64,000 nt of DNA, taken from Candidatus Omnitrophota bacterium. GTDB taxonomy: Bacteria; Omnitrophota; Gorgyraeia; Zapsychrales; Zapsychraceae. How positions within the stretch are numbered: position 1 is the stretch's first letter; every line of letters begins with the position of its first letter. The notes beneath the pieces were generated by a model that was given only the letters and a program-made list of their open reading frames with translations, did no database searches and was not told where the DNA came from. Positions 10,501 through 18,409 of this stretch are shown here, piece after piece. The stretch lies in contig JAJDCB010000006.1 in the NCBI GenBank assembly GCA_029261065.1, forward strand, positions 284 through 64,283, in the 5' to 3' direction. A program made the translations under genes and the position numbers.

Positions 10501-11241
10501 AATAACTTCTTGTGAAGGACCCTTACCCACAACAAGAAAATGAGCATCTTTTTTTTCTTTTAAAAACTGGGCGACGCATTGCGCGAGAAATTCTAAATTT
10601 TTCTCCGACGCCAAACGACCAACATGCCCCACAACAAAGGCCTCTTGAGGGATACCAAACTCTTCTCTTGTCTTTAAAACATCTGCATTTGCAAACTTAT
10701 TAGTATCAACTCCTGTTGGGATAACCTCTGTGGGCGTTTCAACACCTCGCGATTGTAAAATATCTTTAACACTACGCGTAGGAACGATAACCTGATCGGC
10801 AAGATTGGCATAGCCAGTAGAAAGCTCGATAACAAAACGTTTTATAAGATCATTATGAAAGGGAAGATAATGAATGTATTGTTCATACATCGTATGGTAC
10901 GTAAAAATGAGAGGAATGTTATATTGACCACTGAGACGAAGGGCTATATCACCTAATAAAAAGGGATGATGGCTGTGGACTATATCTGGTTTAAAATCGT
11001 GCATTAACTTTTCTAATAAACCTGGAATCGGAAGATTAATAGAAAAATCGGTATGATTACATTTTTGAATAGCTGGAATTCGAATAACGTCTTTTTCATC
11101 TCTCATCATCCCTTCAAAAGTAGGGGCGACAATAATCACTTGATGACCTTGTATCCTCAATTGAGAAGAAAAGGAACGAATAGATTCCTCTACTCCCCCG
11201 ACAATCGGCGTAAACGTATTTGTCATCATAAGAATTTTCAT
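7525..11241 (-). CDS. Three-domain fusion: GT4 glycosyltransferase + alkaline-phosphatase/nucleotide-pyrophosphatase-like domain + EEP phosphoesterase
   Basis: N-term GGV, HSHHP, YHTMYE, GRLASEKN, SETQGVVLLEAMA (GT-B/GT4). Middle IQIDG, LPSSTP, DEQAH, SDHGQ, GAHAG (AlkP superfamily). C-term TYNVH, LQE, NTHL, GDFN, IDHVF, SDHLP (EEP). Confidence 0.85.
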   Translation of the reverse strand: MKILMMTNTFTPIVGGVEESIRSFSSQLRIQGHQVIIVAPTFEGMMRDEKDVIRIPAIQKCNHTDFSINLPIPGLLEKLMHDFKPDIVHSHHPFLLGDIALRLSGQYNIPLIFTYHTMYEQYIHYLPFHNDLIKRFVIELSTGYANLADQVIVPTRSVKDILQSRGVETPTEVIPTGVDTNKFANADVLKTREEFGIPQEAFVVGHVGRLASEKNLEFLAQCVAQFLKEKKDAHFLVVGKGPSQEVIKQVFLKEDDLNRLHFTGVLRDQQLVDSYHAMNVFAFASLSETQGVVLLEAMASSVPVVALDAQGVRDILRDGLNGRLIHEQHQETFVSALSWCYHKSHSEMEKIKRAARQSAQNYSNVHCAGQVINLYNEVKSRNVVSRDIHNSLWKISMSRIKTEWNMAKNLTNASEAAFSERAFNVKKTRKDKKRHWILKWNRWCNKHEWSARLLNLSHSKEEETKAGLVLIQIDGFSRHQLQKAIKNNEMPFLKGLLNNQHYNSYPLYTGLPSSTPAVQGELFYGVKQIVPAFSYFDKSENKVFTMFDGDDAQKIEQRLKEQETGLLEGGSSYSNIYEGGAKEAHFCAVSLGLSRIWKDVNVFKLIVLALTHFLALIRIILLIILELVLGFADFLGGLFQGENFIKEFKFVPTRAVICILLRELITLGVKIDVARGLPIIHLNLLGFDEQAHRRGPSTKFAHWALKGIDLAIGDIYKNAMSSTRRSYDVWIYSDHGQEDTLSYTVEYGRRVHEAVTEVYSAFKHSNKKTEPGRLDDDLDKCFQEQATRRGVQFHRASYLGSPYLQKLFSPQKHAAQNKLTVTAIGPTGNIYLPTKLNQEDKCIFSRQLVHKAKIPLVLFPEEEGQVRAFNERGEFILPAQAQEVLGENHPYLSDVTQDLIAICHHPDAGDFTFSGWRPGQTPISFPIENGAHAGVGTEETNAFTLLPADIVSLSKEKTYLKTKDLRELALQHLGRMKPKKSMLSVKSSSISPETKKIRIMTYNVHSCRGMDGKTSPERIARVIARHEPDIVALQELDMNRSRTGDINQPHVIAKQLEMMYHFHPAICIEEERYGNAILSRYPIKTMYAGRLPILPGRPDLEPRGAIWTTINVDDIRVQVINTHLGLRRLERLRQAEALLGPDWLEHHACEGPIILCGDFNALPGSPVCRCITQKLHDSQHVLNNHRPLATWFSHYPVGRIDHVFIGGEVSVVHAEVSKTELDKVASDHLPLIVDLLLS

Positions 11242-11252
11242 CGGAACATTCC

Positions 11253-13604
11253 TTATTTGCCTTCTAGGCTTAAATACACCTCGTCGTCTCCTGCTTTTGG
11301 TATAACTTTTTTAAATCCCGGGAGTCGAATTTCAATAGATGGTGCCTCTTTAAACCACTGGCCCTTCCAACTCACTTTGATCTTATCTTCAAGAGGGATG
11401 ATAGAAATATCGATCACACCGTAAACCGTCGTGGCTGGCCCAAAGGACATCTTTTTTTTCTTATCTATCCATTCCTTTGCAACCCCAGAACACAAAATTA
11501 ATTTTTTGTCTTTTTCTTCTTCACGCACAAAACAATTTCTGATCATTAACACCCATTCCGATGCCGCCCATACATGTTGACCATCCCCCATACAACCACC
11601 CTTTGTATGAGGATGAATAGCCTCGGGCCATTGACCTGTAGGAGACGCTAATCGCGCCACAGTCTTCATTAAATCAAAACATCTGACATCCCCGTTTCTT
11701 AATAAGACTTGAGCAATATGCAAAGTTAAATAAGGATTTATCCCTGAATGAGTCATATCTTGAAAAAATCCACCATCAACAAAACAGTGCTCCATCAAAA
11801 AATGAACTGTATTTTTCACACGAATATCATGAGCAGGCCAAAGCATCAAAGGATAATCAACAGCAACAGATCCAATGGCGCCGGCATCCATCCTGCGATA
11901 AGGGGATGCAGGAATAATCGAACTCTTTAAACGTTTTTGAACCTTATCAAGACTCGCCTCAATGCTCGTCATAAAATCTTTAGATTCTTGATAAAAATGT
12001 TGGGCACGTTTTTCACTCCAGAACTCCTCGATTAAATGAGCCACAGCGTTTAAACCTGCCACACCCCAAAAATCATCCCAATAATAATAATCATTAGGTC
12101 CTAAATGTTCTGCACTAAATCCAGGAGGAAACAATCCTTTGTGAGATGACGTCGATTTGCCTTTAAGTCGTTTATGCATAATCCAACGACCTCCCAAATC
12201 TATAGACCTTCTCCAATCTTGAGGCAATGGTTCTCCCGTCATCTGACAATATTTCTCAATAATCCATAACGCCTCCCCATTGGAGTCCCACTCTCCATCT
12301 TGCGAAAGAAAGTATCCTCCTGACGTTTGTTTAGAAGAAAAACCATCCATCACTCGTCTGACACGTGATTTTAATCCTAAACACAACATCGCATGTAAAA
12401 TAAAGGCAGCATCACGAAACCAAAAACGTTTATAAGTATATGGTCCTGGATAAACCTCATTAGGTGAATGTAAAATAAGTGTTCTTACCGCTGCGTCAAA
12501 AATAAATTGAAAGCGATCATCCGGAATCTCTAGTTGACAAACGCCTTCTAAACTTTCCTTCCATCTTTCAACGGATGTTTGTTGAACAACTTGCCCTTCC
12601 TTTAACACACTATGATCTGCCTCATGAAATGCCCGTGCTAAAGCTGACTCATAAAGCAAATCTTTAAAAGTTGATTTCTTTTGCTTTTGAGATTTAAAAA
12701 GAGGAATCTCAACAACAACCTCTTGGCTTTGATGGGCTAATAGTTTAAATTGCGCGGCTGCTGTGGCTAATCCTATGTTGCATGTCATACGCCTATCTTT
12801 GTCTGAACAAGGCAGGCGATGAAAAACATCTCCTTTGCGATAATAAGAAAAAGCATGTTGATCGAAAACACGGTCAAGATGAACCACCTGACTATTGTTC
12901 ACCTTCCATCCCTTATCATTGTCTAACAAATCAATATCATGAATAAAACTCACCCCTTCAGGATTATATGGTCTTAGGGCCACAACCAAAAAGGAGTCTG
13001 ATAATGATGATGACCCTTTTAATTCTATGCGACAAAGGGGTGCCTCAAGCGTTCCTTTAACGAAGACCTTCGAAATAAGACATCGATCATTATCTGCCGC
13101 TTCTGTGGTTATACACAAACCTTCATCAAAGCTTAACGTTTGAGAAACAATAGGTAATCGAGAAGGAATAAGATGCTTTCCTGATTTATCAATGATCCAA
13201 CTATCAAGAGACCACCCATCAAAAAAAGGTGTCACAAGACCTCGAGGATCAACAATGGGAAACTCCTCGCAATCTGGAATGCCAACAGCTGTCCAATTGC
13301 GTTGTGTCAAATTAATATGCGTGATAGAAAAAGCGCGCGGCACAAAAGATTGATGATGAGGATCAAATTGACATTCCACCCAATAAGGCCAAACCCAATC
13401 AAGGTTATGTTGAATAGCCTGACTATTCATAAGTCCACGCGCATGTAACACGACGCCTGATCTTAATAATTGAACAGGGGCGGCAACCTCCGCGGGTTGA
13501 GCAAAACGTTCCAGTTTAGAAAAGATGTCAATCGGATCCAAAAAACCTCTTTTGCGAGCCGTACTTCTGACAATCATTCTCCAAGGTAACCATTTAAGCC
13601 ACAT
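11253..13604 (-). CDS. Six-hairpin (alpha/alpha)6 glycosidase-like protein
   Basis: PGPYTYKRFWFRDAAF, GEWDSNGEALW, YYWDDFW, GQWPEAIHP...GDGQHVWAA resemble GH15/GH63/GDE-type catalytic barrels. Confidence 0.7.
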   Translation of the reverse strand: MWLKWLPWRMIVRSTARKRGFLDPIDIFSKLERFAQPAEVAAPVQLLRSGVVLHARGLMNSQAIQHNLDWVWPYWVECQFDPHHQSFVPRAFSITHINLTQRNWTAVGIPDCEEFPIVDPRGLVTPFFDGWSLDSWIIDKSGKHLIPSRLPIVSQTLSFDEGLCITTEAADNDRCLISKVFVKGTLEAPLCRIELKGSSSLSDSFLVVALRPYNPEGVSFIHDIDLLDNDKGWKVNNSQVVHLDRVFDQHAFSYYRKGDVFHRLPCSDKDRRMTCNIGLATAAAQFKLLAHQSQEVVVEIPLFKSQKQKKSTFKDLLYESALARAFHEADHSVLKEGQVVQQTSVERWKESLEGVCQLEIPDDRFQFIFDAAVRTLILHSPNEVYPGPYTYKRFWFRDAAFILHAMLCLGLKSRVRRVMDGFSSKQTSGGYFLSQDGEWDSNGEALWIIEKYCQMTGEPLPQDWRRSIDLGGRWIMHKRLKGKSTSSHKGLFPPGFSAEHLGPNDYYYWDDFWGVAGLNAVAHLIEEFWSEKRAQHFYQESKDFMTSIEASLDKVQKRLKSSIIPASPYRRMDAGAIGSVAVDYPLMLWPAHDIRVKNTVHFLMEHCFVDGGFFQDMTHSGINPYLTLHIAQVLLRNGDVRCFDLMKTVARLASPTGQWPEAIHPHTKGGCMGDGQHVWAASEWVLMIRNCFVREEEKDKKLILCSGVAKEWIDKKKKMSFGPATTVYGVIDISIIPLEDKIKVSWKGQWFKEAPSIEIRLPGFKKVIPKAGDDEVYLSLEGK

Positions 13605-14320
13605 TATTGCTCCTTTCTTTGTATTAAGCGAAATAGATAATAAAAGATCATAAAAACAAACAACACAATAATTAAAATCATCGGAGAACTAGGATTATAG
13701 GCTAAAACGCTTTCATGAAAATGTGTCAAAAGAATCGCCCAAAGGCCGATGGCTGTATAAGTAGCACCCAAAACGATGGTCATATTCAACCATGACCTTA
13801 ATCCCATGAGCCATCCCATAACAGAACCAACAACCGGTCCCGTCCCCCATAAAGGGAACAACACAAAAAGAAATAAGCCAGGCTTACCATACCGTCGAAT
13901 AGTCACAAGATTGGATTCAGCCCTTTTCATCGTTCGTTCCATAACGTTCATGACAGACTGCACAACTTTAAGGTATCGATGACTTAAAACAAAAAGAGGA
14001 TATAATATAAATACTACAATCGTATCGATTAATATATTAATGAAAAAATTACATACATGCCCAAGACCCAAAACATAACCAAAATACACGCCTGCTGGCC
14101 GCCCAACAACAAGGCGCATCCCCGTTAAAGAAACAACTTTCTGATAAATTTCGGGAAACCATAACCAACCTAAAACCAAATAACTAAGAAACAAAACAAA
14201 CAACGCAACACCTGTAAGAAATATACGTCCTTCCGGCGTTCTAATAAGCATCATCCAGACATATGTTTCTTCTATGGCGGTTGGTTCACTTGCAACAGCA
14301 TTATCATTTTTACTTTTCAT
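13604..14320 (-). CDS. Small multidrug-export-like (COG2426) membrane protein
   Basis: RRYGKPGLFLFVLFPLWGTGPVVGSVMGWLMG motif; stop overlaps the next start (TAATG). Confidence 0.75.
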   Translation of the reverse strand: MKSKNDNAVASEPTAIEETYVWMMLIRTPEGRIFLTGVALFVLFLSYLVLGWLWFPEIYQKVVSLTGMRLVVGRPAGVYFGYVLGLGHVCNFFINILIDTIVVFILYPLFVLSHRYLKVVQSVMNVMERTMKRAESNLVTIRRYGKPGLFLFVLFPLWGTGPVVGSVMGWLMGLRSWLNMTIVLGATYTAIGLWAILLTHFHESVLAYNPSSPMILIIVLFVFMIFYYLFRLIQRKEQ

Positions 14321-14332
14321 GTTGTTTCTTTC

Positions 14333-15544
14333 TTAAGGAATTATGTCTGAACAGTCTCCAGAGGCTTCTCCATTATTAAAAAATATTATTTCTTTACCTT
14401 CATGTTTAAAAATAAAACTATCGCTTACATCTTTAATCAAAAACTTATAATCTTTCCAATTTGCTTTAGGCTCAACGGAAAACCTGATCATGTGTAATTT
14501 TAAATGATCCAATAGATAAAAGTCAGAAAGCCTTTTATTGAGATTATCCTTCGCATATCCTTTTACTTTAATGGTCTCACGATTACAATACGTTATCCGC
14601 TCAATCGCAAAACCTTTCGCATAACGATCCATCTCTTCTATCGCCTTACGACTTAATTGATGCATAAAACCTATTGTTTGATCTGTTTCTTCTACAGTAA
14701 AAACCACTCTTGGGTGTATGGATATCGTCACTTTAAGAAAATTTTCCTTTCGCTCCAATTTCCAATAAGGTTCACACAAAAATTCCACGCCTAAAAGCTC
14801 GCTTTGACATCTGGATTTTAAAACATTCCTTTGTTTATGTTCACCAAAAGGCGCGTCCAATTTTCTTTCAAGCACTTGCAAAAAAAGCTCTCGTTCGTCA
14901 TCATAATTATTAACTCTTACAATATTCCCCTTATCATAAATAATCTCTCGTTTGACATAACCATTAGGATGATATTCTCTGTATTCACCATCTCTTAAAC
15001 CATCCTTATAACTAAATTCTTCCCATATTGTTCCATCTTCATAATACGTTTCTGCAACCCCCTGTTCGTGCCCTTCATCATAATTAGCACTAGCTGCCAA
15101 ATTGCCATTTTCATAATAAACATTATGCACACCCACTTCCTTCCCATCTTCATAAAGGCCTTCCGCCTCCAAAGCGCCACTGTTGTAATACAATTTGTAA
15201 ATGCCATCGCGTTTATTATTCTTATATTCAAATTTAAGACGAAGAATACCGTCTTCACAATAATCCTGATAGAGACCTTCACGTTGCCCAGACTTGTAAA
15301 ACACCTCCATCTTCAATTGACCATTCTCATAATATTCTCTGTAGACACCATCATCATCGTCATCAAAACAATTTGTTTCAGACAGAAGCTCTCCGCTTTC
15401 ATAATATTCACGTCTATAACCATTCTCCTCAGTAACCTGCCCAACGCCCGATCCAAAAAATATTTCCGATATTTTTGGTTGTGCAAAAACATGGCTTGCT
15501 AATATCAGAGAAAAGGCCAAGCCGATATACAATATTTTTTTCAT
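14333..15544 (-). CDS. Exported MORN-variant repeat protein (YwqK-like) with a C-terminal PsbP-like domain
   Basis: Signal peptide; about 7 repeats of G.Y.EYYENG.L..E..Y..G; C-terminal alpha/beta domain ending 'KFLIKDVSDSFIF'. Confidence 0.75.
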   Translation of the reverse strand: MKKILYIGLAFSLILASHVFAQPKISEIFFGSGVGQVTEENGYRREYYESGELLSETNCFDDDDDGVYREYYENGQLKMEVFYKSGQREGLYQDYCEDGILRLKFEYKNNKRDGIYKLYYNSGALEAEGLYEDGKEVGVHNVYYENGNLAASANYDEGHEQGVAETYYEDGTIWEEFSYKDGLRDGEYREYHPNGYVKREIIYDKGNIVRVNNYDDERELFLQVLERKLDAPFGEHKQRNVLKSRCQSELLGVEFLCEPYWKLERKENFLKVTISIHPRVVFTVEETDQTIGFMHQLSRKAIEEMDRYAKGFAIERITYCNRETIKVKGYAKDNLNKRLSDFYLLDHLKLHMIRFSVEPKANWKDYKFLIKDVSDSFIFKHEGKEIIFFNNGEASGDCSDIIP

Positions 15545-15594
15545 ATCTCACCTCCTCACGAAAAGTATTTCGAAACGTCTCCTTTCCCGTTATT

Positions 15595-15661
15595 AGTTTA
15601 GGAAGAATTGACAAATTAGGATATGAGATAACATACGGAAGGGATTAAGTAGAATTACTTA
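15595..15661 (-). promoter_or_regulatory. Paired palindromic activator boxes plus -10 (regulon site 2)
   Basis: Perfect TAAGTA-gaat-TACTTA 15646-15661; TGAGAT-aaca-TACGGA 15624-15639; TAAACT (minus) 15595-15600. Confidence 0.65.
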
Positions 15662-15721
15662 GGCTGATAAGGAGAGAGATTACCGCAAATAGTTGCCGTT
15701 TTAAGCTCTTAAAATTAAGAA

Positions 15722-16345
15722 TTATTTTAAAGGATACTTGCCTGCGGAGTTATTGGCAATTTTCTTTAAGGAGAATTCGGCATAACCAGCCAGAATTTCT
15801 TGAGTTTGGCGGGGTGGTGGGACAACAAAATATTGGGAAATAAGGGCGTGTGCCACTTCATGCGCGAGTACACCTAGAGTGACATTATCTAAGGAAAGGT
15901 AAATGGTATTATTCTCATGATAAAAGAACCCAATTTCATCATTATAAAAGAAAGCCTTCTCACCTTCATTAACGCCAAAGATACCTTTTAATTCCTTATC
16001 AAGATCTTTCTGTGTATCAAAAATCTTGATATTTGTATGAAAATCACTTATTTGAAGCCCTAATATCTGTGTGAGATTCTTGACAATTTCATCCATGCCT
16101 TCCGTTAAGATGACCTTAGGATCAGAGGATTGGCCACTCGCATAACTATCTGACAAATTAGCAACCTGAAAATCACGTAGAATCTGGTTTAAATCAACAT
16201 CATTTTGGCTATGGATGGAAAAGGAAAAATGCTGGCTCTCAAGCACGTTTGACTCTTTTTCAGCCAAACTTAAGGTGGGAAAAAAGCTTAGAAACATTAC
16301 GCTTATCGCCAGAAATTTAAATAATTTTAAGGACTTCAATGACAT
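15722..16345 (-). CDS. Exported putative zincin (gluzincin-like) metallopeptidase
   Basis: Signal peptide; LAHEVAH (HExxH) plus a downstream QEILA Glu. Confidence 0.6.
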   Translation of the reverse strand: MSLKSLKLFKFLAISVMFLSFFPTLSLAEKESNVLESQHFSFSIHSQNDVDLNQILRDFQVANLSDSYASGQSSDPKVILTEGMDEIVKNLTQILGLQISDFHTNIKIFDTQKDLDKELKGIFGVNEGEKAFFYNDEIGFFYHENNTIYLSLDNVTLGVLAHEVAHALISQYFVVPPPRQTQEILAGYAEFSLKKIANNSAGKYPLK

Positions 16346-16531
16346 AAATTTGTCTCTCTAAGTTCATCTTAGCGTATCTTATCCTACTCCAAGTATAAAC
16401 TGCAAATACATACTCAACAAGGGCTTGCAAGAAAGCGCTTTCATAATAAACGTCAAAATGACAATGAGCAAGCACATTTGACGATTCTTATTTATATGAG
16501 TTATTAGGGGAAAAATCGATTAAAATGATAT

Positions 16532-16577
16532 AAAAAAACCCTAACGGCTATATTACCAAAACCATTAGGGTTTTTTT
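16532..16577. terminator. Rho-independent terminator after tpsB (potentially bidirectional)
   Basis: AAAAAAACCCTAACGG-14 nt-CCATTAGGGTTTTTTT hairpin with A/T tails. Confidence 0.75.
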
Positions 16578-16599
16578 AACGTGATGGTTACTCTGTTTT

Positions 16600-18315
16600 T
16601 TAGAACTTTAGCTGAAATTCAAACCAAACATGAGCCCGATCTCCATCTTCTGACTTTTTACCTTGTGGAAATCCAGCTTCCACACGTAAGGCCAAATCAT
16701 CTTTGATGTTCACGCGCACACCAGCTCCATAACCTTTTAATGTCTCAGACTTTTCTTCTCCAGCAAGAGGTGTGTTGGTACCTGCATAACCAAAATCGTA
16801 AAAGATAACCCATTTTAAAACGTCATACAATTTTTCTTCTCGAAAGGGAACTTTTACGTCTCTTGATAAACCATAAAAGGGAAAAGACCATTCAAACGCA
16901 GTATAATATCCTTTATCTCCAGAATGTTCTGCAGGAGCATATGCTCGAACACTTGTAGGACCACCGATTTGAAATTGTTCGGAGGCGACAAGGTTATGAT
17001 TAGAAACCTGTGCAGAATTTTTCCAAAGAATATAGGATTCATATGGCATGGGATGTAAACGAAAGAAATGAAATCCCCATTTTTGAAATTTACCTCCAGC
17101 CCCTGCTCTTGAAGCTAAAGGATCTTTCGCATCCATGGAACCAAGAAAATCTGGAATCCCAACACCTAATTCGGTGGTGAAGATATTTCGTCCAAAGCGA
17201 TCATTAAAATCAAGATCTCCACCAAATTTGATAACCCTTAATTCATCATGAGATGTCTCAAGGCCTAGCAGATGATTCTTAATATCCTTGTAATCAAAAC
17301 CGGCATTAAGTCTTAACTCTAGATCATCCCGATAGATGACTTCTTTATTAATAAAAATTCCAGCTAAAAAAGCGTCACCATGGGCATCAAGGGCTTCAAA
17401 TTCTTTGACGAGATCTGTTTCCACATTCAATACGTAAAATCCCACATCAAATGTCTTGTTGACAGGAAACACATATCGTCCTTGGTAAAGTTCAAGGAGC
17501 GCACCTTCTGAATATTGTCCCTTTAGATACAAACGGTCATCGAACCCAAGCAAATTATTGTGTTCAAGAGTCCATGCAAAACGATCATTCTTAAGGAAAC
17601 GGGAAGCGTAATTATCGTATTCAAAACCCACATGAAAAGGAAATTGATCTTTAACATCTAAAACGAGATCTGTGGTTCCAGGTTCTTTTCCTGGGACAAG
17701 GACAATTCTAGCAGTTCGATCTGGATGTTCATTAATATAAACCAAGGATCTTTGCAGCGCAGAATAATCAAAGTATCCATAGGGTTTAAGATCGATATAT
17801 TCTCTAAACAGTGACGTTTTAAAATACTTGTTCCCCTCTACTGTTAAACTTCCTAATTTTCCTTCAATCACTTTAATGATCAAACGACCATTTTGAAGAG
17901 ATTGAGGTGGCACATAGGCGCGGGATGTTACATACCCTTGCGTTCTATATTCAGCTGTAATCTCATCGGCAATGGCCTGAATCTTTGTCATGGACAACTT
18001 TTGACCTTCATACGTCATGATCAGATTTTTTATGACATCATCTGAAAGGAGCGTTACATTCTCTACAACTATTTCATTGATCAGAACATTTGGACCAGCC
18101 TCCAACTCGGCCTCTTCAACAACTTCTTCTGTTTCTTTTAATTCCTGTTTTTTTAAACGTTGTTCAAACTCCTTAACTTTTTCCTGTTCTACTTTACGTT
18201 GCAGTGCACCACCAGCGGTTTCTGATGATGTGGGTTGTGCATAAACGATGTGATGGACTATAAAGAGAGAAAGTACAACACCTATCACTACAACAAACCC
18301 ATTTTTTCGTTTCAT
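16600..18315 (-). CDS. TpsB (ShlB/FhaC/HecB family) two-partner secretion outer-membrane transporter
   Basis: POTRA motif YRTQGYVTSRAYVPPQ...VIEG; FQIGGPTSVRAY (VRGY loop-6 motif); C-terminal Phe. Confidence 0.92.
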   Translation of the reverse strand: MKRKNGFVVVIGVVLSLFIVHHIVYAQPTSSETAGGALQRKVEQEKVKEFEQRLKKQELKETEEVVEEAELEAGPNVLINEIVVENVTLLSDDVIKNLIMTYEGQKLSMTKIQAIADEITAEYRTQGYVTSRAYVPPQSLQNGRLIIKVIEGKLGSLTVEGNKYFKTSLFREYIDLKPYGYFDYSALQRSLVYINEHPDRTARIVLVPGKEPGTTDLVLDVKDQFPFHVGFEYDNYASRFLKNDRFAWTLEHNNLLGFDDRLYLKGQYSEGALLELYQGRYVFPVNKTFDVGFYVLNVETDLVKEFEALDAHGDAFLAGIFINKEVIYRDDLELRLNAGFDYKDIKNHLLGLETSHDELRVIKFGGDLDFNDRFGRNIFTTELGVGIPDFLGSMDAKDPLASRAGAGGKFQKWGFHFFRLHPMPYESYILWKNSAQVSNHNLVASEQFQIGGPTSVRAYAPAEHSGDKGYYTAFEWSFPFYGLSRDVKVPFREEKLYDVLKWVIFYDFGYAGTNTPLAGEEKSETLKGYGAGVRVNIKDDLALRVEAGFPQGKKSEDGDRAHVWFEFQLKF

Positions 18316-18347
18316 GATAGCAACCTCCTTTCTGATAGACTTGATTC

Positions 18348-18377
18348 GATCAAGCCCCCCATAAAGGGGGCCTGATC
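18348..18377 (-). terminator. GC-rich hairpin between tpsA and tpsB (partial terminator or mRNA stabiliser)
   Basis: GATCAGGCCCCC-TTTATG-GGGGGCTTGATC on the minus strand; no U tract. Confidence 0.5.
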
Positions 18378-18409
18378 TTGATACACATTTCTACTTCAAC
18401 TCTTTCCGA

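Noticed and set aside
14900-15420. Repetitive DNA in the MORN gene as a possible CRISPR array or DGR
   Set aside because: The repeats are degenerate protein-level MORN units; there are no identical repeats with spacers and no cas or reverse transcriptase genes.
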